From assembly GCA_036389275.1 (NCBI GenBank), contig DASVQE010000009.1, positions 30,568 to 94,567 on the forward strand: a stretch of 64,000 bases of DNA, read 5' to 3'. The notes under the pieces are model-generated. The model was not told the origin of the DNA. It did no database searches and saw only the letters and a program-made list of their open reading frames with translations. Of the stretch, positions 55,901 to 63,053 are shown piece by piece. The position numbers and the translations under genes were made by a program. Origin of the DNA: Thermoanaerobaculia bacterium (GTDB lineage Bacteria > Acidobacteriota > Thermoanaerobaculia > Gp7-AA8). Position 1 is the stretch's first letter. The number at the start of each line of letters is the position of its first letter.

Positions 55901-57447
55901 CGGTAGACTTCGGCTACGACGACGACGGCCTGCTGGTCAGCGCCGGCGCCTTACATGTGTCGCGAAACGCAGCCGGACTGCCCGACGCAAGCTCACTCGG
56001 CGTCGCGCAAGACGTCCTCACGTTGAACGAATACGGCGAGGCGTCTAGCTACAGCGCCAGCGCGAGCGGCGCCGAACTGCTCGCCTTCGACTACACACGG
56101 GACGACGCTGGTCGCGTGATCGGCATTGTCGAGCGTACGCCGGCCGGCGAGACGACCACAGGCTACTCGTATGACAGCGAAGGACGCCTGACTGACGCAG
56201 TTCACGCTGATGCTAGCGTGCACTACGACTACGACGATAACGGCAACCGCGTTGCGCGCCACGTCTTCACCACGTCCGGTGCGACAACTGAGACGATGGC
56301 GTACGACGCTCAGGACCGGCTTCTTAATTACGAAGGAACACAGTACACGTATACAGCCAACGGCGAACTACTGAGTAAGACCGACGCTGTGGGCACAACT
56401 CGCTACGAATATGATGCTCTCGGCAACCTGAGGCGCGTCTCGCTCCCTGACGGCGCCTCCATCGAATACATTATTGACGCGCAAAACCGGCGCGTAGGCA
56501 AGAAGCTCAACGGTACTCTTACCGCGACCTGGCTTTACGCGGACCAGTTCCGCATCGTAGCCGAACTGGACCCAACGGGCGCCGTCGTCAGCCGTTTCGT
56601 GTATGGCTCTCATTCGACCGTACCCGATTACATGATACGGAGCGGCGTAGCGTACCGCATCTATACAGACCATGTAGGGAGCCCTCGCGTAGTTGTCGAT
56701 ACTACGACCGGCATGGTCGCGCAATTAATGGCCTACGACGAGTTCGGGAACGTAGTTCAAGATACAAATCCGGGGCTGCAGCCGTTCGGGTTCGCAGGCG
56801 GCCTTTATGACGCTTCGACCGCCCTCGTACGCTTCGGTGCGCGCGACTACGATCCGCATACCGGCCGATGGACATCTACGGACCCGGCTGGGTTCGCGGC
56901 TGGGTCGGCGAATCTGTACGGCTACGCATCCAACGATCCCGTGAACCAAATTGACCCCTCAGGTTTGGTCACGCTACCGGTTGTCGGATGGGTAGATACA
57001 GGCGAAACGTCAGGCGAGGCCGCCCTCGAAGCATACGCTGACACTCTGACCGACCCAGATGCCGCGTGGTATTCGAAAGCGGGTGCGGCGGTCGGCGGAA
57101 CGTTTGCCGCGTTATGGACTCGCAAGACGAGCGATGCCACGGCGACGACGCTCGTGTGCGCGTACAGTACGGCTGGAGTCGCGGCACGCCGACCCTACTG
57201 GCGTTATACTGGACCGAGATCCAAGCCAGAGGGTCCGTGGCTAACCCGCGGCTGGCGACCGCCGTACGGGAACAATTTCACGCGCGCGAAGGACGCCCTG
57301 CAGTTGCCCGAAACGCCAACAGGCGTGGTTCAGGTGACGCCGGGGCCGCTCGAACCGGTAGCGGGGCCGCGAGTGATTAAGGGAAATCCGCAGTGGGGCA
57401 CCGGTGGTGGCGTGGAATACTACCGCGGGTTCCGCTTTCCGAACTAG
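49957..57447 (+). CDS. bacterial teneurin-like RHS/YD-repeat protein with C-terminal toxin domain
   Basis: RBS AGGAG before MMM (49954-49962), N-terminal TM/signal, NHL propeller, IPT/TIG, Big_2, teneurin TTR-like domain (IRGRVFTRDGQPL..V...PEYGST.TRDDGRFDIAVNGG), FN-plug (YHFVWNGRDAYG; IGGWTITPHHFYD), second NHL, YD repeats, and RHS core NLYGYASNDPVNQIDPSGL. Confidence 0.92.
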   Translation: MMRLSQIAAGQSLYRSTNVRRGQSEVEPNHRLLALRERVRHASRRFRPLLKLRSSRAIVIALVAVLSASMSAAGATTAFQRVVTLTGSSSSHDVFKRPTGAAVSLSDGTVYIADRQHHRVQAVSPDGLTRPVAPSTSFVDPTAVAVSRDFLYITDGNAIRRISLAAGEAASTVAGSEMPDGRDGVGPAAGFKQPMGLAFNQRGEIVVADTGNHKIRLVTPTGVVSTIAGDGRPGFTNGSTAIAQFKGVEGVAVAPDGTIYVADTGNHTIRGIRNGAVFTVAGTGQPGLLDGEANLASFKEPSSVAIDDFGTLYVADRGNHAIRRISDGVVSTVAGTGIPGLVNATDVAHAQFAFPSGVAAAGALYVADSGNDALRVLYPSLALSSVEPRRGDPAGGEILHLYGMGFVPGATAVTVGGVGVAATYVSSTELVVTAPPHAIGFVDVVVTTPAGSRTLVNAFEYVPPFVAIVISPSNPRLDPHATVQLSASGVTAGGTATDITPRVAWNSDAPAVVTVDASGLAEAKAPGTATITASLNALAGSTTVTVRQPEPVPPDPVTTAPPLATSATTSFIGSTEFLYSGPDAIQQAVAPGTIKPLRSAVIRGRVFTRDGQPLRAVQVTISKRPEYGSTATRDDGRFDIAVNGGSPLVVRYEKNGYIGAERTVLVPSQDFAFATDVVLSALDATVTTVAASASAAQVARGSLITDASGSRQATLVFSSATATTLRLSDGTTANVPELHVRATEFSVGADGPKAMPAALPPQSGYTYCVELSADEAIAANAKSVQFSKPVSFYVENFLGFPVGQHVPVGYYDRDRNAWLAMPDGRVVRVVTVDAGVAHLDTDGNGTADDAGIATEELQRLGALYAPGATLWRVTTTHFSSIDLNWACSLPPDATLPKGQPTYYAPRDNACTTGGSIIECENQTLGEDVGITGTSFALHYRSDRTEGRVASRTIDIPVTGDTVPASLKRAELEISIAGTLTRQSFTSSPKQTYHFVWNGRDAYGRVVQGGAPITIRTIYYYDGFYQVPTQATFSFGQTSGIAGTSSSRIEVTTTAQWQGHLGAWHATGDRIGGWTITPHHFYDVTTKTLYRGDGSRKSAMPQRFGAPQGTFTPIMGKPGVRDAKWTGNGGPAKDATFSYITSMKVGPDGTLYIGSAEYIHKITPDGTLVRIAGNGAGGVPTTTERAATGPALQTRFYFPDSIAVAPDGTLFVAEPFLNQIRVITPDGTASRYAGTGVSGRGGDGVPAAQTPLALPSSVALAPDGSLYVAEPEANRIRRITPDRLVYTVAGSGLRTYSGDGGPALNAGLVSPRALTLASDGTVYFFDALSSTGCRIRRVTTDGMISTVAGGVPCRSSTGDGGAAADALVSINNIEFGGLAVGPDDSIIFVEQRPTSRVRRIDPSGTIDTVLGSGTLGSITPGALATGTDIGPSYALAVAPNGTMYFADDEDTPTNSVLYKVEPPLPPFTGTSSEIRIADGDLVYVFTEGGRHLRTLARDTNATLYSFGYDGDGVMTSITDFDGNVTRIERSGGDATAIVAPGGQRTEIAGAPYATTITTAPGQTTTFTYADGLMQTLTDSRRNTTKFEWDELGLLRRDSDPEGGAKTLTRRPTADGHEVAIATAGGRTTHYTADVLKTSDHLITVVSPAGLIATTLEGKNGVTTSVRPDGATRSVRLAPDPVSGMLAPFEAESAMIFPSGRTFVMSSTSKATMLNPSTPATRTETFTVAGKTFTRLFDIAKLTEQWITPTGRTMAGTVDAAGRRRSTSIPSLATVSFTYNSNGTLASVAQGSRSQSFAYNARIELTSMTDALHRTTSFEYDNAGRVTKEILSDLREITFSYDPAGNLLSVTPPGRPLYGFAYNKVNLPTLYAPPRVLNGGATVYHYNADRELTSIERPDRSTIELGYDGGGRLTSLTWPSGALTYDYLSSGALHVISGAEASLTYDYDGSLLTGVAWTGALSGSIRWAYTPELLIASETVGGDSVDFGYDDDGLLVSAGALHVSRNAAGLPDASSLGVAQDVLTLNEYGEASSYSASASGAELLAFDYTRDDAGRVIGIVERTPAGETTTGYSYDSEGRLTDAVHADASVHYDYDDNGNRVARHVFTTSGATTETMAYDAQDRLLNYEGTQYTYTANGELLSKTDAVGTTRYEYDALGNLRRVSLPDGASIEYIIDAQNRRVGKKLNGTLTATWLYADQFRIVAELDPTGAVVSRFVYGSHSTVPDYMIRSGVAYRIYTDHVGSPRVVVDTTTGMVAQLMAYDEFGNVVQDTNPGLQPFGFAGGLYDASTALVRFGARDYDPHTGRWTSTDPAGFAAGSANLYGYASNDPVNQIDPSGLVTLPVVGWVDTGETSGEAALEAYADTLTDPDAAWYSKAGAAVGGTFAALWTRKTSDATATTLVCAYSTAGVAARRPYWRYTGPRSKPEGPWLTRGWRPPYGNNFTRAKDALQLPETPTGVVQVTPGPLEPVAGPRVIKGNPQWGTGGGVEYYRGFRFPN

Positions 57448-57477
57448 CACGTCAAGTGTCGTAGAAAGGCTTTACCA

Positions 57478-57933
57478 ATGCCTGAAGTCGTCATTGTCAT
57501 CCTCGCTGCGACCGCCACCCTTATAATCGTCGCGGCGATGGTTCCACGACTCATTAGGCGTTCCAGCCGACCGCTGCAAGTCGGCGACCGCATCAGAATA
57601 TCTGGCGGCTATGACTCTCCGCCGCTGTGGCTTGGTGGCCGCGAGTATGTCGACGGGTCGGTCGTACAGTTTCGTACGACCGACCCCGCCGCTAAAAGCG
57701 TTTCAGCGGTGGTAAAGCTGGATTCGCCAATCACCACACGTGGGTTTGCGTCTGACGTTGTGATGATGCACCTGCGGTTCGTGAATGCTCGATGGGGCCA
57801 GCACGAGACCGTTCACCTTGAACTCGTCTCCTCACCTCCCGCCGCCGGTCAGGAGTTCAATGGGGAGACCGGCTACGACGCTCGGGATGGCTGGATTGAG
57901 TCGCATGCTGGCTATCGCGTCATAGCTCGTTGA
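57478..57933 (+). CDS. candidate immunity protein (N-terminal TM anchor plus SH3-like beta domain)
   Basis: Starts 30 nt after the RHS stop; MPEVVIVILAATATLIIVAAM TM; LQVGDRIRISGGY. Confidence 0.65.
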   Translation: MPEVVIVILAATATLIIVAAMVPRLIRRSSRPLQVGDRIRISGGYDSPPLWLGGREYVDGSVVQFRTTDPAAKSVSAVVKLDSPITTRGFASDVVMMHLRFVNARWGQHETVHLELVSSPPAAGQEFNGETGYDARDGWIESHAGYRVIAR

Positions 57934-58002
57934 TGTCTTCCGCGATGTCTCGCGCTTGACTGACTCTTCTACGCGCAGAACGGCTCGCGCGCTTCCGCAC
58001 TT

Positions 58003-58020
58003 CCGCAGATCGACATGCAC
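58003..58020. promoter_or_regulatory. candidate operator, copy 3 (CCGCA-N8-TGCAC)
   Basis: Lies within a 22/27-identical copy of the 45935-45962 sequence. Confidence 0.35.
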
Positions 58021-58227
58021 GAGGTCTACCTTTGCGCTGGCTGTCGCATGCCTCTGGCCGAAGGATGTTATGGACTCTACTGCTGCGAGGTATGCCGCGG
58101 CGTCGCCGACGCGCCGCAGTCCGCGCTAGGTGCTGTTTCCGACTCTGGCCGCCACTCTGCTGCCTGCGTTCAGCGGATGCGCGATGTTTTGGCGCATCGG
58201 CGCGCGCTCATACCCGTTCGCAAGTGA
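58015..58227 (+). CDS. possible small Cys-rich protein (CxxC...CxxC)
   Basis: CAGC and CCEVC motifs; no clear RBS. Confidence 0.25.
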   Translation: MHEVYLCAGCRMPLAEGCYGLYCCEVCRGVADAPQSALGAVSDSGRHSAACVQRMRDVLAHRRALIPVRK

Positions 58228-58250
58228 TCGGTAGGTTCCAAGCCGCCGCG

Positions 58251-58451
58251 TTACTGGAGAAGAACGACTCCGAGCTTCTGCGCTATAGCTAGCATGACGA
58301 TGTCGCGCTCAATCTGACTGTGTAGCGGCGGCTGACCGGCCCCGAGACGCTCGCGGATCGTAGAGCTTAGCCGCTGACACTGAACAATCGCATCGGCTGT
58401 ATTTCCCCGGACCGAGAGTGTTGTGCCGCTGTCTTCGACCCGATGTCGCAT
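58251..58451 (-). CDS. small phage hypothetical protein
   Basis: ATG 1 nt after the upstream TGA, continuing the tail operon. Confidence 0.5.
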   Translation of the reverse strand: MRHRVEDSGTTLSVRGNTADAIVQCQRLSSTIRERLGAGQPPLHSQIERDIVMLAIAQKLGVVLLQ

Positions 58452-58452
58452 C

Positions 58453-58869
58453 TCAACGCACCTCGATCACGATCGCTTCTGCGAGCTGCATGTCGGCGAG
58501 AAACGGCGGCTCCACCGTGATGTTGAACGTCCCAGCGATGTCGAAGTCGAGGGCGAGCGTCAGTTCACCGAGCGCGAGGGGCCGAGTGAATGTCACGCCT
58601 CCGTCGTTTGCGTCGGCGCGGTCGCGAAGGCGGAAGGTGACGGTGCCGCTATCGCTCCGCGGCTCGCCGTCGAAGTCGACGAGCTGCAGGCGTATAGAGA
58701 CGGCGGCCAGGCCGGTCGCGCCGATGTTTGCCGCCGGCGGCGGCGAGAACACCAGAACGGGATCACGCTTGAGGCGCTCTTCACTGACAAGAGCGCCGCT
58801 GTCGTCCGTCACCCTTCGGTGCAGGTATACACCGGTCGCCTCGACATGCTTCAGGATTGTTTCAGTCAT
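58453..58869 (-). CDS. phage tail-associated hypothetical protein (beta-rich)
   Basis: RBS GAGG; directly follows the tail-tip/fibre gene. Confidence 0.65.
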   Translation of the reverse strand: MTETILKHVEATGVYLHRRVTDDSGALVSEERLKRDPVLVFSPPPAANIGATGLAAVSIRLQLVDFDGEPRSDSGTVTFRLRDRADANDGGVTFTRPLALGELTLALDFDIAGTFNITVEPPFLADMQLAEAIVIEVR

Positions 58870-58878
58870 GGTTACGCC

Positions 58879-61800
58879 TCACGTGAGTTTGTATGCGGTC
58901 GCCACGTAAGCGGTATCGGTCGTCGTGCCGACGGTAATCGTCAGCGACGAATTGAAAACGAGACCGTGTTCGTCAAGGTACGGCATGAGGTAATTTACGG
59001 TGCCCGATGCGGACATACCAACTGAACCCACAATGGCGGTGTTCAGGTACGTTTGAAGCGCACCGGAGATGACGAACCCTTGTGCGTTGAATAGCGTGGT
59101 GCCATCGATTGTGAGCGTCAGCGTAACGGTACCGGTAGTCGAGCGTCCCAGCGACAAGAACCGGAGCTGGCCGCGGCCGGTAACGCTGACAACAGTCGTC
59201 GTAGCGTTCGTGACTAGTGCGGTGTTGAGTAGTGGTCCTTTGGGCGTTCCGGTAACTTGAGCGAATCCGTTCTGAACGCCGACAGCCGGACCGCTCGGCG
59301 CGACAGCGGTAACTGCGTTCAATCCTCCTCCGAATGTGGAAAGGGCGCTACGAACATAGGCAGTCGTCGCGAGGGACGTGCTGTTGTCGGCAGTCGCCGG
59401 AGTGGGCGCGGTCGGTGTGCCTGTTAGTGCGGGCGAGTTCTTCGGTGCCGCGTCAGTGATGCCGTAACCGGCGAGCGTCGTCGGCTTTGTGGTGATCGAT
59501 GCCCAGGGCACGGTCCCGACATCGAGCGACCCGCTGTCATTGAAGTGCCAAATCCATGCTACGCCTTCGCGCGCGACGCCGGAGCCGGACGCCGCACCCC
59601 AAAGGAGCGAGCGGTCGAGCGTCGCGCAGTTGAAGCCGGCATAGGAGCCGCTCGCGGCGGCGGCAATGCCGAGCGTCGAATTGGTTGTCGGCGCGGCTGA
59701 AAATTGGCCGATCGGCGTCAGCAGCCGCCATCGTTGCGACGTTGAGTCGTAGCCGAGTGTAACAAGCGCGTTTGGAGGAATATCGACGTTGCGGTTCTGC
59801 GGAAGCGACAGACGGTTCTCAGCCGCGGCAGACGCGTGCTCGTGCACGAGCGTCATCGTGACGGACGTCGTATTCGCGAGCGTGGCCATGACGCCGCCGC
59901 CTTGGCTGATGACGCCGCCGATTGTGAATGGCGAGGTCGGCCCCGTGATGCGCGCCATGCCCGGCCCGGCGGGCAGCCCGACCGCGAGGGAAGCACCGTT
60001 GGGTAGTGCGAGCGCCGACAAGGTCTGCGCGACGTACGGCGACTGGCCGCCCGCGGCGGCGAAGATTGAGGCGAGGTGCGATCGTGCGCCGACGCTTTCA
60101 GTACCGGCCGCGTTCACGACGGTGATCAGCACGTCGCTGACCTTCGATCCGGCCGTGTTCCATTCGGTCGAGACGCTAGTCATGATCGGCGCGACGCTGA
60201 GCGGCGTTGCCGATGTCGGCTGAGCAGATACGGGAATGGTGGTGAAGAGCTTTCGTCCGCCGCTGCGCATGTCATAGACGCGGTACTCGCGAACCTGCGC
60301 GAACGTGCCCAGGTACTCCGCGAAGTGAAATTCTGTAAACGTCTGTATGCCGCCGGGAAAGTTGATGCGCCAATAGCGATGTGCACCGGCGTTTGTCCAT
60401 GTAGCTTGGTTCCCGGTGACGCCACTAGCCGCCGCAAATGGATCTCGCGCCGCTCCGAGCGTGACGAGTGTCCAGGTAATAGCGTCGTCCGAATACTCCA
60501 CCGACGGCGACTGCGTGAGTGCACCTGTGTTGTAGTAAGTCAGCTCGCGGAACGCTTTTGCTTGACCAGCGCCCGCGTCATAGCGGAGCCATGCGGCGCC
60601 GCTCGGTGTTGTAGCGCAAGTGCTCGTGAGCACTCCGTCGTTGACTGCTGCTCCCGAATACGAGGTGAGACCGCTATGCGTCCAGAACGTGGCGCCGTAT
60701 CTCGTTATCGAACGGACCTGCGGCGCAGACCAGAAGCGCGAGTCCGTATCGCCACCGACATCCACGACATCCGGCACGCTGCCCGTGACGCCTTGGACAG
60801 CGACGGAAACCGTAGTGCCGGTGCTGACCTGTTGCGTAACGCGGTGCTTGACTTTGAGGGTCAAAGCATACGAGCCAGTCTCGAAAAGCGCCGGCGTCAG
60901 TGCCGGTGATGAAGAGGTGTCGAACCAATGCCGTTGCGGCCCGCCATTGATCGATACCCACACTTCTACCGTCTGAAGGAATGGGAAATTTGGCGGCGGC
61001 GTGAACGTCAGCGTGCCTTTCGGCAACCAATCGCCACCCGCTGTGAGGTACTGCTCTTCGGTCCAGCCGATGGACGCCGCAGCGATGTCCGGCGGGGCTG
61101 CACTCGGATCGGGCAGCGTCGACTGAATCTTCGGTGTGTCGCTGAGGACGAACTCAGCAAACTTCGCGTCGTTGTGCTCGAACAGCTCGACGTCGTACGT
61201 GTTGTCCGTGTTCTTCGTTCGGCGCAGCAGTCGCATGGGAATCGTAAGTCCGCGCGACTCGATGACGCGCGTCACGATGTCGCCGAGTTGCCGGTCCGAG
61301 GCGATCGCGAGCCATTTTTCCCGAGCCTTTGCGTCGTACTGCCGCGAATTGAGCAAGTAAGTCAGGAGGGACTGGACCTGCGCCGGATCGTGGAGGTGCG
61401 GCAGCCGGTATTCCTCTTCGATCGGGTCTTCTGTGCCCGCATTCACAGCCGATGTCGCAAGCGAGATCGGCTTCTGTTGCCAGTTGTTCGCGACATCGGT
61501 GTACCAGACGGTGACTTTATTCGGCCGGTCGAACACGTCGGTGCGATCAAGGTCGAGAATCGATGAGGACGCGACGTGCCGATCGTCGAAGGTGGCCACA
61601 CTCGCAGCCGGTCGGTCGGCGACGACTCTGTACTTCGTCGCATCCCAAAACCAATAGGCACGTGCCATGATCCGGAACGTCTGGATCACGTCGTCCGGAC
61701 TCGTCGTGTCGAGCAGTAGGAGATGCGACTCGGCCTTGCGCCCGGCCGCCGCGTCCGCGTTACGCGCGGCGGTGAACGATGACGCATCTATGCGCGTCGC

Positions 61801-62418
61801 CGAGAGTCCCTTCCCTTCACTCCACCGCGCGAAGTCGTACCACTGATTCCAAACGCTTGTGGAGTACACGAAGGTGCCGCTGTCCGGCAGCAGGCATTTG
61901 CGCGTGCGCATATGCCAGACGAGATCGGGAAGCGTCGCGTTCCAAAACGTCGAGAACTGCGAGAGCTTTACGATGACGTAGCACGTGCCGGCGAACGCCT
62001 CGTTCCAGCTCGGCAGGACTGCGGCGAGGTTCGGGTCGACCTGACCGGACGCCGTACCGGGATACCACCAGTATTGCCATGACAGCGCTCCGGTCGGCGC
62101 GAGCGGCCGTCCGTCCGCCAGCTTGACCGCGATCAGGCCGTCGCACTCTCCGGCGCATAGCTCGATGACGCACCACAGCTCGTCAACGGAAGAACGGTAG
62201 TGAACAAACTGAAGTTTCCCGGCGAGCCGCTGCTCCCCATACGCAATTGCGCGCGGGCCATCGTCGACGCCGGGCAGCATCAGCTCGCGCTCTTCCTGCC
62301 GCTTGGCGGTGTTTCGGGTGACGTGCGGATGCGGCACGTCGCCTTGCGTTCCGACGTTCGGAGCACGATAGAACTCGGGCGGCGGCGAGGGGTGCTCTAC
62401 AGCGCGGTGGCGCGCCAC
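58879..62418 (-). CDS. phage tail tip/host-specificity protein (gpJ/megatron-like) fused to a fibre region
   Basis: AIAYGEQRLAG, YPGTASGQVD, AGTCYVIV, VATFDDRHV, NKVTVWY; discoidin-like YSDDAITWT; fibre motifs WASITTKPTTLAGYGITDA and SPALTGTPTAPT...ATTAYV. Confidence 0.85.
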   Translation of the reverse strand: MARHRAVEHPSPPPEFYRAPNVGTQGDVPHPHVTRNTAKRQEERELMLPGVDDGPRAIAYGEQRLAGKLQFVHYRSSVDELWCVIELCAGECDGLIAVKLADGRPLAPTGALSWQYWWYPGTASGQVDPNLAAVLPSWNEAFAGTCYVIVKLSQFSTFWNATLPDLVWHMRTRKCLLPDSGTFVYSTSVWNQWYDFARWSEGKGLSATRIDASSFTAARNADAAAGRKAESHLLLLDTTSPDDVIQTFRIMARAYWFWDATKYRVVADRPAASVATFDDRHVASSSILDLDRTDVFDRPNKVTVWYTDVANNWQQKPISLATSAVNAGTEDPIEEEYRLPHLHDPAQVQSLLTYLLNSRQYDAKAREKWLAIASDRQLGDIVTRVIESRGLTIPMRLLRRTKNTDNTYDVELFEHNDAKFAEFVLSDTPKIQSTLPDPSAAPPDIAAASIGWTEEQYLTAGGDWLPKGTLTFTPPPNFPFLQTVEVWVSINGGPQRHWFDTSSSPALTPALFETGSYALTLKVKHRVTQQVSTGTTVSVAVQGVTGSVPDVVDVGGDTDSRFWSAPQVRSITRYGATFWTHSGLTSYSGAAVNDGVLTSTCATTPSGAAWLRYDAGAGQAKAFRELTYYNTGALTQSPSVEYSDDAITWTLVTLGAARDPFAAASGVTGNQATWTNAGAHRYWRINFPGGIQTFTEFHFAEYLGTFAQVREYRVYDMRSGGRKLFTTIPVSAQPTSATPLSVAPIMTSVSTEWNTAGSKVSDVLITVVNAAGTESVGARSHLASIFAAAGGQSPYVAQTLSALALPNGASLAVGLPAGPGMARITGPTSPFTIGGVISQGGGVMATLANTTSVTMTLVHEHASAAAENRLSLPQNRNVDIPPNALVTLGYDSTSQRWRLLTPIGQFSAAPTTNSTLGIAAAASGSYAGFNCATLDRSLLWGAASGSGVAREGVAWIWHFNDSGSLDVGTVPWASITTKPTTLAGYGITDAAPKNSPALTGTPTAPTPATADNSTSLATTAYVRSALSTFGGGLNAVTAVAPSGPAVGVQNGFAQVTGTPKGPLLNTALVTNATTTVVSVTGRGQLRFLSLGRSTTGTVTLTLTIDGTTLFNAQGFVISGALQTYLNTAIVGSVGMSASGTVNYLMPYLDEHGLVFNSSLTITVGTTTDTAYVATAYKLT

Positions 62419-62987
62419 TAGGCCACCACCTTCTGGGTAAATTCACTCTCAATGATCCAAACGTCCGCCTCTCGGTGACGGCCGCGAAATCGAACAGCTC
62501 CGTAATTGCACTCGAACTTGCGCCGCGCGTTGGGCGCATCGAGGGTAATCACGACGCCTACCGACGGCTTCGTGAGGCTTGTGTACTGAACCTGATCCTC
62601 ACCTTCGCCGCCGGTGCCTACGAGCAGCGTTGGCTGTGAGGCTATCGTCACGTTGTTGTGTTTGATGACTGGCGCGATGACGTTTTTCGCGGGCAGCGTG
62701 TAAACAGTCGATACGCCATCCGCAGTGGCGACATAGACGCCGCGCAGCTTGTGGAGAAAAAAGTCGTAGATGTGGAAAGCCGAGGCGGCGAACGACCACC
62801 AATGATCCTCGATGAGGTCGTACTGCTGACGCGTGAGGGTGTTCCACGTCGCCTTCGCGAAGAATTGCTTTACCGGGTCATAGGTGTTGATCTGCAGAAA
62901 GCCGTTCTTCGCGGTGTCGCGCTCTTGATAGTGTTCGTACTCCGGCAGCCACTCGTTTGGATAGATGTCGGGGAAAAGGTTTGCCAT
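62418..62987 (-). CDS. distal tail protein, DUF2460-like
   Basis: ATADGVSTVYTLP and PSVGVVITLD patterns; size and position in the tail module. Confidence 0.6.
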   Translation of the reverse strand: MANLFPDIYPNEWLPEYEHYQERDTAKNGFLQINTYDPVKQFFAKATWNTLTRQQYDLIEDHWWSFAASAFHIYDFFLHKLRGVYVATADGVSTVYTLPAKNVIAPVIKHNNVTIASQPTLLVGTGGEGEDQVQYTSLTKPSVGVVITLDAPNARRKFECNYGAVRFRGRHREADVWIIESEFTQKVVA

Positions 62988-63053
62988 TGAAGGTGCGAAG
63001 GTTCGGTTTCGCCGGACGCGCGAGAGGTGATGCGCCGGAGGTGGCGCGGCGTC

